Of a stretch of DNA of 64,000 nt, positions 53,192-64,000 are shown piece by piece. Positions within the stretch are counted from its first letter, which is position 1, and each line of letters starts with the position of its first letter. The translations under genes were made by a program, and so were the position numbers. A model generated the notes under the pieces. The model was not told where the DNA came from. It saw only the letters and a list, made by a program, of their open reading frames with translations, and ran no database searches. Source of the stretch: Podarcis bocagei (taxonomy: Eukaryota); the NCBI GenBank assembly GCA_964188305.1, contig OZ076886.1; one strand, given 5' to 3'.

Positions 53192-54120
53192 CTCTAATGT
53201 GAGAGTTCAGCTTCACCAGCAACTGAAGTATTATAGAAACCTCTAAAGAGAAACTGCTATATAAATTTGCATGGGTTTGGTGAGGCATTTCTTTCCCTTT
53301 GACTTTTTCAGTACCACCTGAACATTTCAGGGGGAAATGCTCTGCTTCTTTTATTCATTCACTGTAAATTAGAAATCATGCAATTTTGTCATTTCCTTTC
53401 ATAACTGCTTGCAGAGGCATGAGATATACTGTACACTTCCTCTGACGCTACTGATTTTCAAGCATTTCTAAGCAAATGGCATCTTAAACAAAAACAGGCA
53501 CATTTGTAACAAATTGCTGCAGGGCATGTTATGAAATGAGGAATCGTTTTCTTACCTTCTGGGAAGGACGTAAATTGAAATACTTCTAATACTGCAGTTA
53601 GACAGTTATTCCACTGGAACGATTACCATATGGATTGGGGGGGGGGAGATTGAAGTCTGAATACTCTTCCATATGAAAAAAAACAAACAGTCAGTTCCCT
53701 GCCTTTTTCCTTAACATGCCTGGACTTATCAGCTCCCAACAACCTTCCCCTTCTCTGGTATGGCTGTGAGGAAGAGAGTGGAAACTTTAACTTGCATTTT
53801 TAAACTAACCAGTTTATTGTTATGTCCAAAGTGTCACTTCCCTTTACCTTGGGAGGCAATAGATAACCAAAGCTATTGTATCCTCCACTCTACCTGAGAA
53901 ATTCAGCATGTGAAGAGGATTGAGCAGGTGGTTATCACCAGCTGCTCCTGAGTTCCTATAACTTTTACCATTTTGTAACTAAGCCAAGTTTTACTTGCTT
54001 GTGCAACTTTCCTGAAGCACGTGAATCTGACCTTCGGAGAGTTTGTAAGACAAACCTTTTTCAACTTACCAAGTGTGTGGTCTTTTCCAATGCTGGAAAC
54101 GCTGAGGGGAGAGAGACTAG

Positions 54121-54832
54121 CTGCTGTCCATCAGGCAATGGCTTTTCCCACCTGCCTTGCCCCACCCTCCAGGCCCAGGAGCCTTCATAAGGGAGCTGTA
54201 GAGGAAGGCCTGTGAGGGGAGGGACTTCCTGCTGCCCATCAGGCAATGGCTTTTCCCACCTGCCTTGCCCCACCCTCCAGGCCTAGGAGCCTTCATAAGG
54301 GAGCTGTAGAGGAAGGCCTGTGAGGGGAGGGACTTCCTGCTGCCCATCAGGCAATGACTTTTCCCACCTGCCTTGCCCCACCCTCCAGGCCAAGGAGCCT
54401 TCATAAGGGAGCTGTAGAGGAAGGCCTGTGAGGGGAGGGACTTCCTGCTGCCCATCAGGCAATGGCTTTTCCCACCTGCCTTGCCCCACCCTCCAGGCCT
54501 AGGAGCCTTCATAAGGGAGCTGTAGAGGAAGGCCTGTGAGGGGAGGGACTTCCTGCTGCCCATCAGGCAATGGCTTTTCCCACCTGCCTTGCCCCACCCT
54601 CCAGGCCTAGGAGCCTTCATAAGGGAGCTGTAGAGGAAGGCCTGTGAGGGGAGGGACTTCCTGCTGCCCATCAGGCAATGGCTTTTCCCACCTGCCTTGC
54701 CCTACCCTCCAGGCCCAGGAGCCTTCATAAGGGAGCTGTAGAGGAAGGCCTGTGAGGGGAGGGACTTCCTGCTGCCCATCAGGCAATGGCTTTTCCCACC
54801 TGCCTTGCCCCAGCCTCCAGGCCTAGGAGCCT
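54121..54832. repeat. 108-bp-unit minisatellite, ~6.6 copies
   Basis: Units start at 54121, 54229, 54337, 54445, 54553, 54661 and 54769 (CTGCTGCCCATCAGGCAATGG...GGGACTTC) and differ by only a few substitutions. Confidence 0.97.
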
Positions 54833-55186
54833 TTTCCAGACCATGACTTTAGGAACACCAGAAACAGTTGGGAGAGGAGTTCAGGGATATTAAAATAATA
54901 ATAATAATTTTAAAAGTTGTGTGTCTTTGCTTCTCGATTTGTATTGTGTTAATTTATGCACTGTGACCGGCTGTTGTTATTATTGATTATAGTTTAGAAA
55001 TTATTGTAATTATTGAATTTCTGTTTAATTTTTATTTGCTGATATTTAATATTATTCTGTATTATTCTAATGGATTGTTGAATATTACTTTATTTGATAT
55101 AAGTTGCTTATTTTAAAGTTATGTTTTTATTACAACTTTTGCATTGGATTAGATTGTTAAAAGGTGTACATTTTGTTGTTTCTTCA

Positions 55187-55435
55187 GAAGAAGAAGAAGA
55201 GTTTGGATTTGATATCCCGCCTTTCACTCCCTTTAAGGAGTCTCAAAGCGGCTAACATTCTCCTTTCCCTTCCTCCCCCACAACAAACACTCTGTGAGGT
55301 GAGTGGGGCTGAGAGACTTCAAGGAAGTGTGACTGGCCCAAGGTCACCCAGCAGCTGCATGTGGAGGAACGGAGACGCGAACCCGGTTCCCCAGATTACG
55401 TGACTACCGCTCTTAACCACTACACCACACTGGCT
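55187..55435 (-). mobile_element. Young Squam3-type SINE with (CTT)n tail
   Basis: The minus strand starts AGCCAGTGTGGTGTAGTGGTTAAGAGCGG with B box GGTTCGCGTC, retains CpGs, and ends in CTTCTTCTTC. Confidence 0.85.
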
Positions 55436-57699
55436 CTCAGCTTCTAAACTGCCTTGCATATAGGAAAATAGAAAGGCGGTATACATATTAAAAGTGAAAT
55501 GAAAATGAAAAAATGAAACGCTGAGGTATGAAGGAAACTTTGGAAAGAAACTTTTAAAGGAGACATTTTGGAAACTCTTAGAAGGGCATGTTTTAAAAGT
55601 CTAACAGCCTCTACTTCCATGATTTACTTTGCTGCATATTTTCTGACTTTAAATATCTGCTGGGGTTCTCTCACCAAGGAGTATTTTGGCCCAAACTTGG
55701 ATCGTGACATCCAGGAATTCTCCTGTATTTTGCATCAACACAAACATGGACAAACTGTAGTTACGGCTTAACTATAGCTTATTATGGAAACAAACTAATT
55801 TCAAACTGTAATGTTTGAAATAGACATGTTGTCCTATGCCATAGTTAAGATTAAGCACAGTTTAGGGCTTTTGACTAATTTATTTATTAATTAAACTTCT
55901 ATCCCAAAGGATCCCTGGGGCAGAAAGCTACAAAACAGAAAAGCAATACAATAATACGGTATATATTTCAAAAAGAAATTAGAACAATCAAATATCCTCA
56001 CAACTGAATTTCAACATTGCCAGGAACAGTATAATGTAGCAATCAAATGCCTTGGTAAACAGCAATTTTTCCCCTCATTCTGTCTGAATGTTAACAATGA
56101 GGGAGAGAGATGCACCTCACCAGGGAGAATGTTCCACTACTGAGGAGGCCCTTGTCACAAGTCAACACCAACCAGGCAGTTCCCAGTGGTGGCACCCCCA
56201 ACAAGGTCTCCTGTGCCCATTATAAGGCCCAGGGTGGTTGATACTGAGGGAGGGGCGCTTTTGGTTTCAAGATAAACTATGGAAATATGTTCTGATATCC
56301 TCCTTGCAGTCATGTAAGGGGAAGAGCGAAGGGTGGGAACATGGGATTCCAATCAACGTGTGTGCACATTACACTGAACCAACGTTGGCAGTAGCAGCTA
56401 GTGTGGTGGGGCAGAGCTGCAGATCAGTCCTCCTGACAATGACACCACTGAAACATACCTGAATGGTGCTGGGGCAAGAGGCAAGAGGTGGGGGCAATGA
56501 TATTTGCACAGCCCCAATCTCACAACCTCCCCTTGTCTGCCTCCGTGCCCCAGTGCCTCTGTGTCAGGAGGAGAACACCATGGCTCTGCCACACCACACA
56601 TCCATGGCACACTACTTTGTTGGCATAAGTTGAAACAGAGAAAAAGGCAGTGCAAGGAGTAGCTGCAAAAGTATGTTTGCTTCTTACCGTTACTCCCATT
56701 GGAGTAACAATTCACATATCTGTTCATTCAAACACTCCTCCTCCTAGCAAATGTAGACAGTTTTCTTTGATATTTGTCTCTGATAAATGCTTAGGAGATC
56801 ATTTGTACTCTCAACAGCTTTGTCTTAAATGAAATGTTAATTTTCACTCAAACACACACCACCACTATGTCTGCAGAGTCACAAGCCTGCTGTCATGCCC
56901 CCTTTGGCCTCATGCATCTTTTGAAAGTGTGCTGCTGCTGCTTCTCTCTCAGAAGCTAAGTGCGCTGCCTCAGGTGATTGCTCCTGCTTCCACAAACACT
57001 CGCCCCTTGGCAGGCAGGATCAAACCAGGATGACCTAATTATAATTAGGGTAACAGCAGCTGCATAGAACAGATTAAATACAATCCCTTGTTAATTAACA
57101 ATCATCTCTCATCAGACATTCAAACAAAATTGAGTGCAATCAAATCTCAGCAGTCAGACTTCTCTTGTCCTATGTAAGAGCTGGAGGACCTGCTTGAAGC
57201 GTTGGATTCTGAATACTGCCTAAAGACGTTCTCACTGCTTTTTTCTATTTCCAGGCATAGCAGAAATGCTCTGGGAGCACGTGGTCTACTTCCTTTAGCA
57301 CCAGGCCCTCCTGGGGCCATCCAGGTGCTGCTAGGCCATGACTCCCATCATGTCTGACCACTGGGCATACTGGCTGCTGGAAGTTGGAGTCCAACAACAA
57401 CTGGAAGGCCACAGGTTCCCCACCATTGAAACTAGCTTCCAGGCTAAGACTGGCTCACTTACCTGGGAGCTGCCAAATAAGCATGTATATATAGGCTTGT
57501 ACAGTTAAGGCTTCTTCTAATGCCTGTGTGCGCACACACAAATCCTGCCAGGATCCACAGTAGCCTCATAGTTATTTGCAAAGCATTGTGGCAAAGTGTA
57601 CCACGTTGCCTTTTTGAATGGAAACTGGTCTTTAGGCTAAATTATAATAGAAGTCCACCAAACATTAACTAATTAATCAGCTTGAGCAATTGGTTAAAA

Positions 57700-58290
57700 C
57701 CCGTTTAAATCAAGGGCAGCATAATTAAATATAAACTTTTTCATATCAGTCCTTATAAAATCCAGTGCTCAGCAAACCGTTTTGGGATGACAACCCATCT
57801 TATGTACAGACACAGAGAATGACTTAAGTGATTCTTTGGAAGCAGATGATTGGCATTGTATCTGAACCTCTTTTGCAACCTTATCAATCAAACACACAAA
57901 TAAAGAAAGCACAGTGCAAAGTTCTCAGTAGGTGGTATATTACCCCTGCAAAGCTTCACCTGATATACCCAAATTATAGTCAGTATTGTTGGATGGGGTG
58001 TGGAGAGATTGGTCCACATTTTCACCTTCCGTGGGATAATGTTCAACAGTGCAAGAGTTCTGGAACACGGTTGCTGATTACCGCTAGGTATTTCTTCACG
58101 TTGGACTGCAGGGCTAAAGATAGGCTTCTCCATCACTTTGAACCTAGTAAGACTGCATTTCTGTATGAAGATCTTCTTAAGCAGTTGAGTACAGCAGTAA
58201 AGGTGAAGAAGGTACGTAAGCAGAAGTCTTTCAAGCAACCTTCTAAACAGCAGAGGATTTGTAAAATCTGGGAGACCATGATGTTCTAAC
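57700..58290 (+). mobile_element. Degraded L1/Tx1-clade LINE ORF2 C-terminal (Zn-knuckle) fragment
   Basis: ORF 57828-58289 contains KVLSRWYITPAKLHLIYPNYSQYCWMGCGEIG.HFHL.W, the L1-clade C-terminal cysteine-rich motif. It ends at the hAT insertion at 58292. Confidence 0.8.
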
Positions 58291-58291
58291 A

Positions 58292-58532
58292 GAGTGGTTC
58301 CCAATTAACTAATTACTGAGGACCCCGTATTTTTCAAAAGCCAAGCCACGGACCCCCTATTTTTTGAAAATGCTGATAACTCTATGGTAGTTACCTGTGC
58401 AAAGCAATTTTTTGAAGAAAATATGGGGTCCCATATTTAGTTCTTTTCAGTGAAAAAAGTAGAGAGCAAGGGGAAGGGATCCCTTACATTTTTAAAAATT
58501 ATAAACACGTGAATCTACCCCATGGTGCAAGG

Positions 58533-58589
<57 letters not shown>

Positions 58590-58862
58590 CTTCCAATTGC
58601 AAGAACCCCAAGAAACTGTATCAGAGGTTTTAGCCTGATCCCAGCTCATTTGCCATCCAGCAACTCTTTCACAAGTTTATCCCCTGCCAGCAAGCAGGCC
58701 CTGGTCTCAAGTAGAGGCTGGGTGATCCATGTATCATCATTGTGGCTTTCACTGTGCAATTAACAAGATAAGTGGGTCACTGGCAGGGGATGGTGCCACG
58801 GACCGCTGGGGTGTGTTCCGCGAACCCCCAGGGGTCCCCGGACCCCTAATTGGGAACCACTG
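58292..58862. mobile_element. Non-autonomous hAT element (571 bp) containing a (CT)n microsatellite
   Basis: TIR (G)AGTGGTTCCCAATTA / TAATTGGGAACCACTG, TSD TTCTAACA / CTCTAACA (7/8 match), and subterminal GGACCCC repeats. Confidence 0.85.
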
Positions 58863-58939
58863 CTCTAACAGATTTACAAAGTTATCTGTGTTGGAAGCTG
58901 CCCAGAGTGGCTGGGGAAACCCAACCAGATGAATAGGGC

Positions 58940-59008
58940 CTTCTTCTTCTTCTTCTTCTTCTTCTTCTTCTTCTTCTTCTTCTTCTTCTTCTTCTTCTTC
59001 TTCTTCTT
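58940..59008. repeat. (CTT)n microsatellite, probably a retroelement tail
   Basis: Perfect trinucleotide run, preceded by gctgcccagagtggctgggg.aacc.a.ccagat, a LINE 3'-end-like sequence. Confidence 0.9.
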
Positions 59009-59569
59009 TTCCTCCTAACTCCAGGAGTCTGTCATAATTTAGGTTGGTGTACATTACTCTGTTCAGGAGCCTCAGGTTGGGGCTACTGATGGCTGAGCTG
59101 GAAGATGGGATGCTATGGTAACATGATTTCCATTTATCTTCTCTGTAGAAGCTCTTCAAGCTTCTGATCAACTTCCCATATAATACAGATGCATATGCAT
59201 CTAGTATCTCCATTATGTAGTTTCCTCATATGCTGAAGACACACCTCTTTATTGTGGCTTTTTAAATTCGACATGCATATTTTTAGCAGGAATCCTATTT
59301 TTGTGATTGGAACTTACTTTAAACAACTTTTGATGTATTTAAAGGTGGAGGGTGGGTAATAAACAACAGCAACAAAATTTATTAAGAAATCATTGATTTC
59401 TAGATAAGGCCAATATGATTTTTCTGTATTGTTTGGTGTCTGTTTCTGGATAGTCTCTAACATTATTTTCTTTGACCATTACAGTGTGTGGATCTGACCT
59501 TAGTGAACTATTCAAAGCAGTGCTCCAAATGGTTTTCCTGAAATGGCATGGCATTCTGCTGTGCATTTT

Positions 59570-59877
59570 CTAGGGCTTGCCGATCAGAAGGTCAGTGGTT
59601 CAAATCCCCGTGATGGGGTGAGCTCCCAGCCAACCTAGCAGTTCAAAAGCACTTCAAAGTGAAAGTAGATAAATAGGTACCACTCCAGCAGGAAGGTAAA
59701 CAGCGTTTCCATGTGCTGCTCTGGTTTGCCAGAAGCAGTTTAGTCATGCCAGCCACATGACCTGGAAGCTGTCTGCGGACAAATGCTGGCTCCCTCGGCC
59801 AGTAAAGCGAGATGAGCGCCACAACCCCGGAGTTGTCTGTGACTGGACTTAACCGTCAGGGGTCCCTTGACCTTTAC
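59570..59877 (+). mobile_element. 5'-truncated, older Sauria SINE
   Basis: Reverse-complement homologue of 150-505 (ctagggcttgccgatcagaaggtc...gtagataaataggtac...ggggtccctt.accttta), with an internal deletion. Confidence 0.85.
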
Positions 59878-62800
59878 TAGATCTTGCTATGACTCTATTC
59901 AGAGACTGATTTGTGGTTGTGGAGACAAACAAGTTATGGGGAGGGTATTCATAGAAAGGCCCCAAAGAACCCATTTCTGTTTGACTTCCCTTTCGGTTTT
60001 AGCTCATGCGAATATTTCCAATAGGGTTTGACTTGAGCAGATAGAATGCTCCCTGCATACTAACAGGTGTTGTTGTGCTGGAAAAACCTGCCTTAGTTGA
60101 ACCAATCACTACCTGAGCCCACGCTATATGACTCAGTTGCCCCACCATCCTCAGATTGTGGGGACATGCCTGAAATCTTAATCTTACAACCTAGATTCAA
60201 TATGTTTGTACGATGATGCCTCACTTGCTCACCTACAGCAAACACTCATCAATACAAAAATCTCATCATGAACTATGGCCTGTAGGAAGGGTAATCCAAA
60301 TGAATGCATTATTTGAAAGCAAACAAAAATTCCACAGGCTGTCATGAAGCACTAGAAGGAATGAACAAAAACACTAGAATACTAGCTCATGAGAAGGAAA
60401 TAGTTTGAACAAAGGTTCTAAATCCTGAGTGCAAATGCATCACAATGCAGCAAAAGTACATTGTGATACCAGTTCTGTCACACTTCAGAATACTGGTCTT
60501 TACATTGGTTGCTTCAGTGGGAGCTTCCTGGCCTCACTCTTGCAGTCTTCTTTTAGACACTGTTCGCAGCCTCCATACAGTTTGGGTCAAGGATGCAGAA
60601 CCTCCTTCAAAGATAGTCCTCTATTTTGAAAGGGGTGCCAGAGGACAGGGCTCTTATTTGAAGGTGTCCTCCATTTGAAGGTCTGTCCAGTCCAAGTCTG
60701 GTTAACAGATAAGGAACCATTAAGGAAGAGCAGTAGCCCTGAAACTGCCCATCAACAGAGACCAGCACCTGATCAGCAAATTGAGTAGGCACACAACTCA
60801 CCTGGTATCTTCCCCGCTAAACTGAGATGTTTTGTATTTCTGTTTAAAACTGTGGTTCACATAAAACTATCTGAATAATTGTTGAACATGTATATCCTAG
60901 CTTTTCTGCAAGAAAATCAAGGTAGCAAGAAGCATGGTTGTCTTTCACCCATTTAATTCTTACATAATCCTGTGAAGTAGGCTGAGACATAGAGACTGGG
61001 CCAAGGTCACCCTGAATCTGATTATATTTTATTTCAATGTTTGATATAAAACAGTTGATAGTTAACAATATTTTACAGCTAGCACGCAGTGATATTCAGA
61101 ATTTGGCATTGTTTTATTGGGCATATTATAGTATTATATAGTATATAATATTTGGCTGTATTTGGCATTTGACATACAATGGCATTTAGTATTTGACAAT
61201 CTTTTATAAATGGCCTGTTGTATTTTGAATTCTGGAATAAAATTTCACATTTGAAACATGAATGGAAGACTAGGAATTTGGACAAATTTTGTTTAAGCTG
61301 TGTTTTAAAGTGATGCATGAGTATGGAAAAACCCGAACCTAATTGGAATCTGAGATGGTCTAAACTTGGTCCACTGCATGGTCCAATGTTGGCAGTGACT
61401 CATGAGTGTGTGTGTGTGTGTGTGTGTGTTTGTGTGTGTTTGTGTGTGTAGGCAACAGCATCATCTTGGAGACAGTAGTGTTACACTCATCAGGACAAGG
61501 ATGGGGTGAGGTGGTGAGATCAGGGGACTTCTAGGGTGTCACTGGTGTGTGAATGTACCTACAGACCTCTGCCGGCAATCTACAGTTCTCCTGACTTGCT
61601 GCCACTTCCCCCATCTCATCCTTGTTCTGATTGGCTCACTGCTGTGGTGGGGATGCCACTAACTTCTGCCTTTTTCCTGCCCCATGAGCCACTGCTGTCC
61701 ATTGAGCAGGTGCCATGGTTAGCATGCCAACTTTGAACAGAACCTTTATTCCTCACTGTGGATTATCGGCTGCAAAAACTACCTTCTCTGTGTCTGACCC
61801 ATCCTTGCACTTATTTATTACATTTCCTCTGTTCTGTGTTGGTGCAACAATGGAAGGTGTCTTTTTGAACCTGACTTCTTTTTTTAAAAAAAAGGATGCT
61901 TAAACTTAACTTTTCTCTTGTCCAAATTTACTTCTGATATAGCATAAATATTTGGCCTTGCTGAGAGACATAACGTAACTGTTTTATGGCTGGCATTTCT
62001 TCTCTTGTTGAGGTTAATGGAAAGGACAAAAATTGGGGTTAGTGTGTTAGTGAGAAGGACTTGTTATTTTAGTTGTTGAACGACAATTGCCAACACTGAG
62101 CAATAAAATAGATAATTTAGCAGAGTGCCAAGGTAACCTTTTCAAGGCTGTTTGTTCTCGCAAGTGATTGTGCTATGGAGGCCTCAGTTTAAAATGCAGC
62201 ACAGCTTTCATGTATGCAAGAGTTCTTCACTAGGAACGATGCAGTGGCAAAGCTAGTTTATAAATGACAGCCCTAGGGAAAGAACAACTTGGAGGCGCCA
62301 TACCTAGAAAACAATATATAGAGATGTCTTCATGCGGTATTTGCACAAAGCTGAAAAGCTAATATTGACAACTGCATATTAGTGCTTTTGCAGACCTAAA
62401 TCATGCAAAGGCAAAAGTGACTCTTGTGGCACCAAGGAAAAGGTGGCAAAAGAACGGGGGGGGGGGGGAGACACACCAAATAATCAAGGGAGAGAACTAC
62501 TAGGTGCAGGTAACAGGCAAACTGAGGCCAAAATATTTTGGCAGAGAGTGCTTGATATACTGTTGAAGTGAAGGAAAACAAAATTGCCTGGGAGCCAACA
62601 GAAAAGTCTGGGGATATGTGCTCTGACTTTGTAGATGATTTTATTCTTTATTTGTTGGAAATAGTCAAAAACACCATTCCATCTCTATAAACAGACACCA
62701 CAGGAAACCTAAGAGCAATAAGCTGCAAAAGCTCAGTGGGCAACCAGCTGAAGACTGGATGAAATGAACTGGTGGTGAGAGAGGTCCAAGGTAGAGAAGC

Positions 62801-64000
62801 AATCTTGCATTGTATAGGAAACATCAGAGGAAAGAAAATACAAAGACTCAAGAGATTTGAGCTCTTTGTTAGAAAAGCAGAATTAAACAAAAATAATCTC
62901 TTGACCCTCCTTATATAAGAAGTCAACTAAGGGCCAAACTAGACATGCCAACCCTGGTGCAATTAACAAAAGCATGTGTTGCTTTTAGAAGGAAAATGGA
63001 AGTACAGGAGGTCTGATGCAGATTGGGACCCCGGCACGGGGTAAGGGGGCTTTGATGCTGTGCACCCTGCTCTGGCTCCCATCCAGATTGGAGGTCCCAC
63101 ACATGCAATTTGCTTTTTGCTTTTTTTTTAATTAACCCACACAATTACTATGGCAACTTACTGAATCTGGGTTTGCTAGTCACAACTGTTACCTGGAAGT
63201 GAAGTACTGGGAGGACTTGCATTCTGGAGTCAGAAAGCATGCACGGCCAAATATTGGAAAGAAACGGAATGGTGACCTTGTTAAAAGAACAACATGCACA
63301 ACTGATGTGTATGTGTATTTGTGACAGCATGGCTACTGTGCAGAGGCAGCTAAGCTGTCCGCCCACCTCTAGGCTCTGTGTCGCAAGCAGCTGGCTGCCA
63401 GCAATGAAATTGTCTTTGATTATGTTGTAAAAGCTGCAAATAAAGTAAAAGAACACAATTGATGATGAGCGCTGAAACATCAGCAGAGCACTGGCATGTG
63501 TGGATTATATGGCTTCAAAGCAAATTTCTTTCCTATCTGGGCAAGCAGGTTTTGCTCTTGCTGTGCATCTTTTGACGCCCAAGACACTACAAATCAAAGC
63601 AATCTTTGAGAACAGCAACTGAGGAAGAAAGAGAGGCATTTGTGTTTCTAGACATCAGGAAACATAGCACAATGCTCTCCTTTCTGCATAAGAGAGACTG
63701 GACCATTGTTAAGCAATATGGCCCAAATACAATATGATCAATAGAATAAATATTTTTCATGCGAGAGTCCAGCTCATGAAATACTCTATTGATATTTGTT
63801 TGGCTTCCATGCCAGTAGAAAGAGTAAAGTTACAGCACCAGTAACTTTGATCTTCTCTTGTTTATTATCTTACCATTGGAAGGTGTCTGGTTTGTAGTGC
63901 CTAATATCAGGTGGTTATAATTTTGCTCTTGGTCATCTGAAATTCAATGGAAAAAAAATAAGATTCCTTTTTAGGAACAGCTCGCCAAGGCTCTGCCAAC

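Noticed and set aside
52075-53246. Multiple long overlapping ORFs (up to 281 aa) on both strands
   Set aside because: They are Pro/Gly/Arg/Ala-rich by-products of very high GC content inside a TIR-bounded element, with no recognisable domain or transposase motif.
54121-54832. CRISPR-like array or repeat-protein gene
   Set aside because: The units are contiguous tandem copies with no unique spacers, the context is eukaryotic with no cas genes, and no splice-supported exon is visible.

Overview
Vertebrate genomic DNA, most likely from a squamate and probably a lacertid lizard, judged from Sauria/Squam1 and Squam3 SINEs and typical lizard MITEs. It holds the last four coding exons of the axonemal dynein heavy chain DNAH9 (+ strand, 796-13200) and the last two coding exons of the AMPA-receptor auxiliary subunit SHISA6 (- strand, 40607-40759 and 35222-35775). 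The two genes are convergent (tail-to-tail), whereas I recall them being tandem in human and mouse. SHISA6 probably has a ~7.4 kb 3'UTR, and 40760-64000 is SHISA6 intron. The rest is repeat-rich: SINEs, L1/L2/CR1 fragments, a decayed Gypsy gag, Tc1/pogo and hAT MITEs, a 108-bp minisatellite and microsatellites. The most striking observation is a pair of young hAT elements in the SHISA6 intron (42770-43255 and 51769-53191). They share near-identical 115-bp left and 66-bp right ends and have perfect 8-bp TSDs, but their interiors are unrelated, CpG-island-like and promoter/first-exon-like. This suggests a Pack-type, host-DNA-capturing hAT family that moves promoter fragments. Apart from the gene exons and TE remnants, the ORFs in the supplied track look spurious. 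Gene and repeat names come from recalled family sequences, not database searches.
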